A stretch of DNA of 64,000 bases, taken from assembly GCA_965214935.1 (NCBI GenBank), contig CBDCCS010000004.1, forward strand, positions 42,954 through 106,953. Direction: 5' to 3'. A model generated the notes under the pieces. It was not told the DNA's origin. It saw nothing but the letters and a program-made list of their open reading frames with translations, and ran no database searches. This document shows, piece after piece, positions 39,124 to 47,957 of this stretch. How positions within the stretch are numbered: the stretch's first letter is position 1; each line of letters begins with the position of its first letter. The position numbers and the translations under genes were made by a program. The stretch is from Candidatus Velthaea sp. GTDB lineage: Bacteria > Vulcanimicrobiota > Vulcanimicrobiia > Vulcanimicrobiales > Vulcanimicrobiaceae.

Positions 39124-40463
39124 AGCAGCACGACGTTGCCGCGTTCGGCGACGTCGCGCGTCGCATTGCGCGTGTCGACGATGCAGCGCGCATGCCGCAC
39201 GACGCGTGCCCAATCGATTTGGCTATGATCGGTGAGAATAACGACACAATCGGCGCTTGCGAGCAGCTCGTCGGTCAATGGGACGCTGTGATGCCGGCGG
39301 CCCGCCGCATCCTCGAAGCGCGACACGAACGGGTCGTGATAGGCGACCTGCGCACCGTCGCGTTCGAGGATGTCGATGACCTTGAGCGCCGGCGATTCGC
39401 GCCAGTCGGCAATGTCGCGTTTGTACGCGACGCCCAGCGCGAGCAGGGTTGCATTCTTGAGCGCTTTGCGACCGGCATTGAGGCAGCGCGTCACCTTTTG
39501 ACGGACGAAATACGGCATCGACAAGTTGATCTCGCCGGCGAGTTCGATGAAGCGGGTCGGAAAATCGAATTCGCGAGCGCGCCACGCAAGGTAGAACGGA
39601 TCGAGCGGGATGCAATGCCCGCCGACACCCGGTCCCGGTTCGAATCGCATGATACCGAACGGTTTGGTCGAAGCCGCCTCGACGATTTCCCAAATATCGA
39701 TATCCAGTTTGTCGCACAGCATCGCCATCTCGTTGACGAGTGCGATATTGACCGCCCGAAACGTGTTCTCGAAAACTTTCGTCATTTCGGCTGCGCGCGG
39801 TGATGAGACGCGCAGAACGTCGTCGATCGTCTGATCGTAAAATGTCGCTGCAACATCGAGGCAAGCCGGCGTCATTCCGCCGACGACCTTATTGGTATTT
39901 TTTGTCGTGTAGCGCTTGTTTCCGGGATCGACGCGTTCGGGAGAAAATGCAAGAAAAAAATCGTCGGCAACCCGCAGGCCGCTTCGCTCGAGCAACGGCA
40001 GCAAAACTTCTTCCGTCGTCCCGGGATAGGTCGTACTTTCCAAGCAGATCAACTGACCGGGGCGCAAATGTTCGGCGATCGCCGCGCCGACGTTGCGTAT
40101 GTAAGAGACGTCGGGATCTTTATTCGGCGTTAGCGGCGTCGGAACGCAGATCACGATAACGTCGCAATCGCTTAGCGACGCAAAATCGATCGATGCCGTC
40201 AATTTGCCGCTGTCGACGACATCAGCCAGCTCGCTATCGGAGACGTCTCGAATGTAATTCAAGCCGTGGTTGACTTGATCGACTCGGATCGGATTGCGAT
40301 CGAAGCCGCGAACCGAAAAGCCGGCTCTCGCTTTTGCAACGGCTAACGGCAGGCCGACGTAGCCCATGCCGACGACGCCGACGTGCGCCGTACGCGCGAC
40401 GATCTTTTCCGTAAGGAGTGCCTGCACCGACGTCCGAGCACCACTGATGTCGAGGACTTGCAT
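39120..40463 (-). CDS. Nucleotide-sugar 6-dehydrogenase (WbpA-like), copy 1
   Basis: GMGYVGLP, CVPTP, ESTTYPGTT, FSPERVDPGN, KVFENTFRAVNIA, GVGGHC. Confidence 0.94.
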   Translation of the reverse strand: MQVLDISGARTSVQALLTEKIVARTAHVGVVGMGYVGLPLAVAKARAGFSVRGFDRNPIRVDQVNHGLNYIRDVSDSELADVVDSGKLTASIDFASLSDCDVIVICVPTPLTPNKDPDVSYIRNVGAAIAEHLRPGQLICLESTTYPGTTEEVLLPLLERSGLRVADDFFLAFSPERVDPGNKRYTTKNTNKVVGGMTPACLDVAATFYDQTIDDVLRVSSPRAAEMTKVFENTFRAVNIALVNEMAMLCDKLDIDIWEIVEAASTKPFGIMRFEPGPGVGGHCIPLDPFYLAWRAREFDFPTRFIELAGEINLSMPYFVRQKVTRCLNAGRKALKNATLLALGVAYKRDIADWRESPALKVIDILERDGAQVAYHDPFVSRFEDAAGRRHHSVPLTDELLASADCVVILTDHSQIDWARVVRHARCIVDTRNATRDVAERGNVVLL

Positions 40464-40487
40464 GACGAATGCCTTTGCTCCGACCGA

Positions 40488-42482
40488 TTAGCCGGCAACG
40501 AGTTCGGGTTGAGTTGTCGCAACCGGGCGGCGACGAGGGTTCGCCGCTACGCCGGGGGTAGTCGGGCGAAGCTCGGCAGCGGCCTCCGGCTCCGGCGCCG
40601 CGACGACGGACGGCAAGCGCGCCACGACCGTCGCTGGAACGGTATCGGTCTGACGCGAAAACGAAGGGATGAACGTTTGCACGACGGCAAGTGCCGCATC
40701 GGCATCGAACTTGCGGACGGCGAATTGCAAACGTTGCAGGCCATTGACGAGCCGCGCGTAGTCCACGCGTTCTTGTTGCGCGATGAACAGCCGGTCATGG
40801 CCCGTGCGCGTAATGCCTTCTTGACTCGTCAAAAGTTCTTCGTAGAGCTTTTCACCCGGCCGAATGCCCGTTTCGACAATGTCGATGTCGCGATACGGCA
40901 CGAGGCCGGCCAGCGTTATCACCGTCTCGGCCAGCGTAAGAATTTTTACCGGCGCGCCCATGTCGAGAACGAGCACTTGGCCGTCCCGTCCGATAACGGT
41001 CGCCTCCAACACGAGCGCGACGGCTTCCGGTATCGTCATGAAATAGCGTTCCATGTCGCGGTGCGTCACCGTCAACGGACCGCCCGACTCGAGTTGGCGT
41101 TTGAACGTCGGCAAGACGCTTCCGCGGCTGCCCAGCACGTTGCCGAAGCGGACCGCGACAAATTCGGTCCGGCTGTACAAACCGAACGACTGACAAATGA
41201 GTTCGGCCATGCGTTTGGTCGCGCCCATGACGCTCGTCGGATTGACCGCTTTGTCCGTCGAGAGCAAGATGAATTTCGAGACGCCGGCGGCAGCCGCGGC
41301 CAGAGCGATCGTGTGCGTGCCGATGACGTTGTTACGCAGCGACTCGCACACGTTCGCTTCGACGATGGGGACGTGTTTGTGAGCCGCGGCGTGAAAGACG
41401 AAGTCCGGACGATACCGCGAGAAAACACTGCGCACGGCAACCGCGTCGGCGACGTCGGCCAGCACGAGCTGCGTCCGCACAAATTGTTGCTTCGCGTGAA
41501 GTTCTTGCTCGATAGCAAAAAGGCTATTCTCGCCGTGGCCCAGCAGCAGAATCAGCCGCGGTTGCAGCGAGGCGATCTGCCGGCACAACTCGCTGCCGAT
41601 CGATCCGCCGGCTCCGGTGATGAGGACGACGCGGTCGTGCAAGAACGGCGCCGCGGACGACGCGTTACGCGGCATCGGCGCGCGGCCCAGCAGTTCTTCG
41701 AGTTTAATATCGCGGATGCGCGACACCACGACTCCGCCGTTAAGCAGGTCACCGACGCCCGGGTACACTTTGACGTTGGGCGCGCGACCGAACGCGCCGC
41801 GCGAACGCGCACACATCTCGGCGACGCGATTCGAGACCGCCAACGAAACCGACGGAATCGCAATGATGACGCATTCGATGCGTTCGCGAGCGATGAGTTC
41901 GGGCAAGTCGGCAAGCTTACCGAGCACGCGCAAATCTTCAATGCGACGTGCGTTCGCGTCGTCGTCCACGCAACCGACGACCTCAAATGCAAGTTTCCGG
42001 TTCTCGCGTATGACGCGGCCAAGTGCCAAAGCGGCGCGGCCCGCACCGACTAAGAGCGTCCGCTTGGCTTCGCTTCGACGACTGTAAAGCGCACGGCGCA
42101 GGCCAACGACCGTCATTCGCACGATGATGCGCAGGACGAAACTCAACACGGCAGCCGCAAAAACGAGCCGCGCCGACGCATGGGCGAGCGGCGAGGGAAA
42201 GGCCTCGAACGCCCACGCGAACACCATTCCGACCGTCGCGCCGCCGAGCATCCGTCCAACGTCATGCTGGTCGAATGTTCGCGCGGTCTCACCGCGCGTA
42301 TCGCAAACGATGCTTCCGGCGTAGAGCACGAGCGCCAGCGTCAGAAGCCCCGCAACCGGCGTCGAGGCCGTGTCGCCGGCAACGGCGGCGCAAAAGGCTG
42401 CGGTCACGAAGGTGGCCAAATCGACGATCATGAGCGCTGCGCGAACTTGCGGCCGGATCCCGCGCAGCGTCGTCGACGGCAT
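40488..42482 (-). CDS. Membrane-bound UDP-GlcNAc 4,6-dehydratase (PglF/WbpM/CapD family)
   Basis: N-terminal TMs; EELLGR, TGAGGSIGSELCRQ, HAAAHKHVP, STDKAVNPTSVMGATK, RFGNVLGSRGSV, RPGEKLYEEL. Confidence 0.93.
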   Translation of the reverse strand: MPSTTLRGIRPQVRAALMIVDLATFVTAAFCAAVAGDTASTPVAGLLTLALVLYAGSIVCDTRGETARTFDQHDVGRMLGGATVGMVFAWAFEAFPSPLAHASARLVFAAAVLSFVLRIIVRMTVVGLRRALYSRRSEAKRTLLVGAGRAALALGRVIRENRKLAFEVVGCVDDDANARRIEDLRVLGKLADLPELIARERIECVIIAIPSVSLAVSNRVAEMCARSRGAFGRAPNVKVYPGVGDLLNGGVVVSRIRDIKLEELLGRAPMPRNASSAAPFLHDRVVLITGAGGSIGSELCRQIASLQPRLILLLGHGENSLFAIEQELHAKQQFVRTQLVLADVADAVAVRSVFSRYRPDFVFHAAAHKHVPIVEANVCESLRNNVIGTHTIALAAAAAGVSKFILLSTDKAVNPTSVMGATKRMAELICQSFGLYSRTEFVAVRFGNVLGSRGSVLPTFKRQLESGGPLTVTHRDMERYFMTIPEAVALVLEATVIGRDGQVLVLDMGAPVKILTLAETVITLAGLVPYRDIDIVETGIRPGEKLYEELLTSQEGITRTGHDRLFIAQQERVDYARLVNGLQRLQFAVRKFDADAALAVVQTFIPSFSRQTDTVPATVVARLPSVVAAPEPEAAAELRPTTPGVAANPRRRPVATTQPELVAG

Positions 42483-42495
42483 TGCGTCCGGCACG

Positions 42496-43431
42496 TTAAA
42501 GCCCAACGACGCGTCCGAGCAGGCCCAGCAACGATAAGAAACCCGTTGCATTGTTGCGCCCGGTATGTGCGCTTTCCGGGATATAGATGATGTCGTTTTT
42601 TTGCAACGCGACGTCGGCATCGCCGTTACCGTCGTTGAGCTGCTTGTATAAGTCGACCGTTTGCAACGACGAGCTGCCGTCGGCGCGCCGGCGTGTGATG
42701 GTAATGTGACTGAGATCGGCCGTACCGCGGCTGTTGACGCCGGCACGTGCAATCGTCGCGGCAATGCGGTCGCCGCCCGCGACTTGCACGTCGCCCGGCT
42801 TGTCGACGGCACCTAAAACGTGGACGGTGAAAAGCACCGGACCCGGCACGTAGACGACCGACTCGCCGCCCAGCGCGACGTTTTCACTCAAGTCTCCGCT
42901 GCGCAGCAGCCGGTCGAGCGATACCGCCGTCGCCTGCGAACCCGTGTCGTCGCTCACGCGCGCGACCGGAAAGTCACCGTCCGTCGGTCCTAAGCCGCCG
43001 GCAGCCGCGATCGCATCAGCGACACGGGCATCGGGCCGTAACGCATACTTGCCCGGATTTTTCACGTTGCCTAAGACGAGCACGTTCGCGCTGCCCAACG
43101 CCGCCAACGACACTCTGACATCGGGTTCGCGCACGAGCCGCAGCATCGCACGCGCAATTTGCGCTGCGGCTGCGTCGGTCGTCTTGCCTGCCACGACAAC
43201 GCGTCCCGCCAGCGGTAAGGTCACGCTGCCGTCCGGCGTGATTGTAACGGTTTGCGATTCGGGTGTTTGACCGAATGCATAAACGATGATTTGATCGCCC
43301 GGATGAAGCGTGAAGGCCGGTGCGGCGGCAACCGTCATAAATATTACAAGCATGATAACCGCCGTCTGCCACCCGCCGGTATGTGGATGTTTGTTTGAAA
43401 TTGCAACCGGCCGCAGATGACGTGTCATCAT
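42496..43431 (-). CDS. Polysaccharide export protein (Wza/OPX family, SLBB domains)
   Basis: LHPGDQI, ITPDGSVTLPLAGRVVVAGKT, VLGNVKNPG, AIAAAGG, LQKNDIIYIP; start uncertain. Confidence 0.88.
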   Translation of the reverse strand: MMTRHLRPVAISNKHPHTGGWQTAVIMLVIFMTVAAAPAFTLHPGDQIIVYAFGQTPESQTVTITPDGSVTLPLAGRVVVAGKTTDAAAAQIARAMLRLVREPDVRVSLAALGSANVLVLGNVKNPGKYALRPDARVADAIAAAGGLGPTDGDFPVARVSDDTGSQATAVSLDRLLRSGDLSENVALGGESVVYVPGPVLFTVHVLGAVDKPGDVQVAGGDRIAATIARAGVNSRGTADLSHITITRRRADGSSSLQTVDLYKQLNDGNGDADVALQKNDIIYIPESAHTGRNNATGFLSLLGLLGRVVGL

Positions 43432-43465
43432 CAGTTAGTATAAAAGACCGGTCCGTACGAACGCT

Positions 43466-43637
43466 GGGCCGCATGGCCTAACGGAGCAGAACACATACGC
43501 TGCATGCGCCGGCCGGTAAACGCACAAAAATAGATTTCACCGAGTGCGTGGCGCTGGCATGTGACCCAGAACGGAAAAACTATTCCGTTCCTTGGGCCAT
43601 TTGTCCCAAAGTGCAGTGCTTAACGGCCGCTCGGCTT
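43466..43637. promoter_or_regulatory. Cluster of DosR/NarL-like palindromic boxes between wza and the regulator
   Basis: GGGCC-GCAT-GGCCT (43466), CTGGC-ATGT-GACCC (43554), GGGCC-ATTT-GTCCC (43594), CGGCC-GCTC-GGCTT (43624). Confidence 0.55.
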
Positions 43638-43730
43638 AGTGCTTCGGTTAGTCTATGTTTAAATAAGTTTACGCGCACTTAACAATTACCACGTGCCGAG
43701 TAAAATTTTGCCGAGTTCGGGGTTTGCATC

Positions 43731-44375
43731 TTGCTCGCTTCTCAGACGCGTCAAATTCGCTTATTTATCGTTGACCCGCAACCGCTCATAGCGGCGGCGC
43801 TTTCGCATCTTTTCGAGGCCAACGACTATTTGCACGTCGTCGGTACATCGCAAGCGGTTAAAGCGCTTACGCTGCGCACGGTGTGTCCGGATGTAATTCT
43901 TCTGGGCCATGCGCACGGTTCGACCGATATGTGCGAGATGGTCGCGGTGTGTAAAGAGGCGGTGGCGACCGCACGGATCTGCATTATCTCGTGCCATGCG
44001 CATCCGGAGTTGCTGCAGCGCGTTCTCGACGCCGGGGCCGAGGGCTACACGATCAAAGATGCGCATCCGAACGAACTCATCGAGGCGATTAAAACGATCG
44101 CTCTCGGCACGACGTATGTCGATCCGCGGGTCGGCGGCTTATTGCTCAAAATGCACGGCCGCTCCCGACGCACGGGTCTGATGAATGCGCTTTCTTATCG
44201 TGAGATCGAAGTCATCCGGCTCATTGCCGGCGGCTTTTCCAACAAAGAAATCGGCGTAACGCTGACCTTATCGGAAAAGACGGTTAAAAATCACATCAGC
44301 CGCATTTTTTCCAAACTGCAGATTACCGGCCGCACGCAACTCGTCATTCACGCGATCAAGACCGGCATCGCTTAA
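43731..44375 (+). CDS. NarL/LuxR-family response regulator with atypical receiver domain
   Basis: Receiver IRLFIVDPQP...PDVILLG...GAEGYTIKD; HTH LSYREIEVIRLIAGGFSNKEIG..L.LSEKTVKNHISRIFSKL. Confidence 0.92.
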   Translation: MLASQTRQIRLFIVDPQPLIAAALSHLFEANDYLHVVGTSQAVKALTLRTVCPDVILLGHAHGSTDMCEMVAVCKEAVATARICIISCHAHPELLQRVLDAGAEGYTIKDAHPNELIEAIKTIALGTTYVDPRVGGLLLKMHGRSRRTGLMNALSYREIEVIRLIAGGFSNKEIGVTLTLSEKTVKNHISRIFSKLQITGRTQLVIHAIKTGIA

Positions 44376-44399
44376 AACCGTCGATCGCACGACTGCGGC

Positions 44400-45437
44400 T
44401 TAGCCGGCCGCCGACCGGAGGGCGGGAAGTACGCGCCGCGCGGCAACGGGCGTCCACGCGTTTTTACACAGCGATGCGTATGCCGCGTCGATCACGTCGA
44501 CGGAAGCAATCGCGTCCGCTGCAGAGATTGCGGGCTCGCATTCGCCCTTGATCGCACCGGCGAAATCATCGATCTGGGCACAAAACGCCGCGCGTTTATC
44601 GTAGCCCTTGCCGAATGCTGCAGCGGGCTTCGTTGCGAACGTGATCGTCGATTCGCGCCAACCGATGTCGATCGTTCCCGCGCTGCCGTAGATGCGCAGA
44701 AACGTCGGGTCGGTCGTGCCGACGGACCACGATAACAAAATCAAACCGATGGTATCCGTGGCGCTCCGTACGAACAGGTGAACCGAGTCCTCGCAGTCGC
44801 CGTATCGCAGGTCCGCGGACATGTCGATGGCAAGCGCGGCGCCGATCGGTCCTAAGAGAAAGCGCATGATGTCAACCGAGTGCGTACCATTATCGATGAG
44901 TACACCGCCGCCGCTTAGCGCCACGCGACTGTTCCACCGTCCGGTCATGTCGACGCTTGACATGAACGTGTTGTCGACGCGCAGGATCTCACCGATCCGT
45001 CCACTGCCGATAACGTCGCGCGCCGCGCGAATGTCTTCAACAAACCGGAACTTCGAGGCCATCGTTAGGATTCGGCCGGCCGCTTCGGCAGCGGCGAACA
45101 TGCGTTGCGCCGAGAACGCGCCGATCGCGAGCGGTTTTTCGCACAGCACATGGACGCCCGCAGCGAGTGCGTCAATGGCGATTTCCATGTGAAAAGCCGG
45201 CGGCGTGCAAACGATCGCGCCGTCAATATCCGCTGCATCGAGCAGATCGCCATGGCTCCGAAAGACCGGTACTTGCAATGGACCGGCGAGCCGGCGAGCC
45301 GCACCGAGGTCGGTGTCGGCGACCGCAACGAGCCGTGCGCTGCACGAATCGGCGAACGCTGCTGCATAACTTTGGGCAATTGCACCGGCTCCGATCAACG
45401 CAAGCCGGACCGGCGAAGATTCGGATCTGATTTTCAT
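44400..45437 (-). CDS. Gfo/Idh/MocA oxidoreductase
   Basis: LIGAGAIA, HVLCEKPLA, GGGVLIDNGTHSVD. Confidence 0.9.
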   Translation of the reverse strand: MKIRSESSPVRLALIGAGAIAQSYAAAFADSCSARLVAVADTDLGAARRLAGPLQVPVFRSHGDLLDAADIDGAIVCTPPAFHMEIAIDALAAGVHVLCEKPLAIGAFSAQRMFAAAEAAGRILTMASKFRFVEDIRAARDVIGSGRIGEILRVDNTFMSSVDMTGRWNSRVALSGGGVLIDNGTHSVDIMRFLLGPIGAALAIDMSADLRYGDCEDSVHLFVRSATDTIGLILLSWSVGTTDPTFLRIYGSAGTIDIGWRESTITFATKPAAAFGKGYDKRAAFCAQIDDFAGAIKGECEPAISAADAIASVDVIDAAYASLCKNAWTPVAARRVLPALRSAAG

Positions 45438-45495
45438 GCTCGCATCGTACGATCGGCGGCGCAGCGTACGAAGGGTTCGGTGATTCGATGGCGCT

Positions 45496-45509
45496 AGGCC
45501 CAACGTCCC
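45496..45509. promoter_or_regulatory. DosR/NarL-like box in a divergent promoter
   Basis: T-AGGCC-CAAC-GTCCC-T. Confidence 0.5.
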
Positions 45510-45548
45510 TTCGTTTACGAACGGCGTCACGCGTACGATAGAGAGGTG

Positions 45549-46901
45549 ATGCTAACTACCCCGTCACCCGTTTGCGCTTCCGTCACGACCGGCACGGCCG
45601 TCGCGCTTAAAGACAAGCTGTTGCACCGGACCGCGACCATCGGCGTCGTCGGCCTCGGCTATGTCGGCTTGCCGCTAGCGGTTGAAAAGGCCAAAGTCGG
45701 TTTCCACGTCATCGGGTTCGACCGGAACGCGAAGCGTGTGGCGATGGTCAATAGCGGAACGAATTATATTAAGGACGTAAATGCGGCCGAATTAAGCGCC
45801 GTCACGTCTTCGCAGACCATCAAGGCGACGGACGACGTCTCGCTGCTCGCGCATTGCGACGTCATCATCATCTGCGTGCCGACGCCGCTTACGCCGAATC
45901 GCGCGCCCGACATATCGCATGTATCGAATGTCGCAAGCCAGATCGCCGCGCACTTGCGGCCCGGTCACCTCGTCTGTCTCGAAAGCACGACGTATCCCGG
46001 AACGACCGAAGAGATCGTGTTGCCGATCTTGCTCGAGAGCGGACTCGAAGTCGGCCGCGACTTCTTCCTCGCCTTTTCTCCCGAGCGTGTCGATGCGGGC
46101 AATCGGCGCTATTCAACGCGCAATACCAATAAGGTGCTCGGCGGTGTAACTCCGGCGTGTCTCGACGTCGCGGCGCTCTTTTACGGACAAACCATCGTCG
46201 ACGTCGTCACCGTCTCGAGCCCGCGCGTCGCTGAAATGACCAAAGTCTTCGAGAACACGTTTCGTTCGGTCAACATAGCGCTCGTGAACGAACTGACGTT
46301 GCTCTGCGACCGCATGGACATCGATATCTGGGAAGTCATCGAAGCGGCAGCGACCAAGCCGTTCGGCATCATGCGGTTCGATCCGGGTCCCGGAGTCGGT
46401 GGACACTGCATTCCGATCGATCCATTTTATTTGGCCTGGAAGGCCAAGCAATACGATTTCAGCACGCGCTTCATCGAACTCGCGGGCGAGATCAACCGCT
46501 CGATGCCGTCGTTCGTGCGCGAAAAAATCGTTCGCGCGCTCAATGCACGAGAGCGTTCGGTGCGCGGCGCTCGCATCGTCCTGTTGGGCGTTGCGTACAA
46601 GCGCGACATCGACGATTGGCGCGATTCGCCCGCGTTAAAGATCATCGAAGACCTCGAAAGCGATGGAGCCGAAGTCGTCTATCACGATCCCATGGTCGCC
46701 GAGATCGTCGATTACGCCGGGCGCGCGCGGCATAGTGTCGCCCTGACATACGAACGGCTGAGCGCGAGTGATTGTGCGGTCGTCTTAGCCGATCATGCGA
46801 CGATCGATTGGCGCTTCGTGCTTGCCGGTGCGCCGCTCATCGTCGATACGCGTAACGTCTACCATGCCGACGCCGACGCGCTCAATGTGGTGCGCCTATG
46901 A
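45549..46901 (+). CDS. Nucleotide-sugar 6-dehydrogenase (WbpA-like), copy 2
   Basis: Same motifs as copy 1, with long identical stretches (CLESTTYPGTTEE, EMTKVFENTFR, TKPFGIMRF.PGPGVGGHCIP). Confidence 0.94.
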   Translation: MLTTPSPVCASVTTGTAVALKDKLLHRTATIGVVGLGYVGLPLAVEKAKVGFHVIGFDRNAKRVAMVNSGTNYIKDVNAAELSAVTSSQTIKATDDVSLLAHCDVIIICVPTPLTPNRAPDISHVSNVASQIAAHLRPGHLVCLESTTYPGTTEEIVLPILLESGLEVGRDFFLAFSPERVDAGNRRYSTRNTNKVLGGVTPACLDVAALFYGQTIVDVVTVSSPRVAEMTKVFENTFRSVNIALVNELTLLCDRMDIDIWEVIEAAATKPFGIMRFDPGPGVGGHCIPIDPFYLAWKAKQYDFSTRFIELAGEINRSMPSFVREKIVRALNARERSVRGARIVLLGVAYKRDIDDWRDSPALKIIEDLESDGAEVVYHDPMVAEIVDYAGRARHSVALTYERLSASDCAVVLADHATIDWRFVLAGAPLIVDTRNVYHADADALNVVRL

Positions 46902-47953
46902 GGCTGCCGTCCGTCGGCGTGATCGGCGCGGGTGAACGCGGGATGCGGCTGAGTGAAATTTGCGCGGCTTACGGCGCGCTCGGCGCCGTCTCCGACACGT
47001 CGCCCGAGCGGCTGCGCAAAGCGTGCCGGCGCTTTCCGGAGATCTCGGCGCTGCTCGAGCCGCACGCGATGTTCGAGATGGACGTCGATGCCATCGCGAT
47101 TGCAACTCCGGCGCACACGCACGTTGGTTTCGCCCTCGAAGCCATTGCGTTCGGCAAGCATGTCTTCGTCGATAAACCGCTTGCGTTAAGCGAAGAAGGC
47201 GCGTCGGCGGTTGCGATCAAGGCCGAACGCGCGGGACGCAGTGTCTTCGTGGGACACGAACTGCTCTATCATCCGGCGATCATCGCGCAACGCGAATTTA
47301 TCGAAAGCGGAGCGCTCGGCGACATCGTGCATATCCGTGCCCGGCGCCTGGCACCCGGCGCGATTCGGACCGATGAGGATGTCTGGTGGCGGCTGGCGCC
47401 CGACGACATGGCGTATATCGTGAATGTATTCGGCGAACCAACTTCGGTTGCCGCAAGTCTGCAATCACGCGCGTCGGGGGAGTTAGCCGATATCGTTTAC
47501 GCCGATATTCAATTCGGCGATAAACGGTCGGCTCACATCGAAGTGACGTGGCTCGACCCGCATGATGGTTCGCGCATCGACATCTTCGGTACGCGCGGTG
47601 TCGCGTCCGTCGAAACGGCCGGCCGAACACCGCAGCTTTCCGTCCATCTCTATCGCCGCTGCGAGCCGGAGCGCGATGGCCTGTCCGTCGCCTTCGAGCC
47701 GCCGGCGATTCGCAGTTTTGCCGATAGCGATCCGCTCGAGAATGCCGTTTTGGCATTTCTGGCATCGTTCGCCGGCAAGACCGCGCCGCTCAATAACGTC
47801 ATGCACGGCGTCGCAACATCGCGCGCGCTTGCAGCCGTTACGCGCGCGGGAGCGTATCAGACCGGCGAATTCGTGGTGCCCGGTTCGCGTCAATATGTTT
47901 TTGCTGCCAAAACCCGCAGCGGAATTGCCGCCGGACCGCAAATCCACATTTGA
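46898..47953 (+). CDS. Divergent Gfo/Idh/MocA (WbpB-like) paralogue
   Basis: VIGAGERG, HVFVDKPLA, VGHELLYHPA, EDVWWRLAPDD; ATGA overlap with the upstream gene. Confidence 0.82.
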   Translation: MRLPSVGVIGAGERGMRLSEICAAYGALGAVSDTSPERLRKACRRFPEISALLEPHAMFEMDVDAIAIATPAHTHVGFALEAIAFGKHVFVDKPLALSEEGASAVAIKAERAGRSVFVGHELLYHPAIIAQREFIESGALGDIVHIRARRLAPGAIRTDEDVWWRLAPDDMAYIVNVFGEPTSVAASLQSRASGELADIVYADIQFGDKRSAHIEVTWLDPHDGSRIDIFGTRGVASVETAGRTPQLSVHLYRRCEPERDGLSVAFEPPAIRSFADSDPLENAVLAFLASFAGKTAPLNNVMHGVATSRALAAVTRAGAYQTGEFVVPGSRQYVFAAKTRSGIAAGPQIHI

Positions 47954-47957
47954 CCGT

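Noticed and set aside
40383..42053. 556-aa plus-strand ORF
   Set aside because: Antisense shadow of the PglF-like dehydratase with no recognisable motifs; the same applies to most short overlapping ORFs in this GC-rich track
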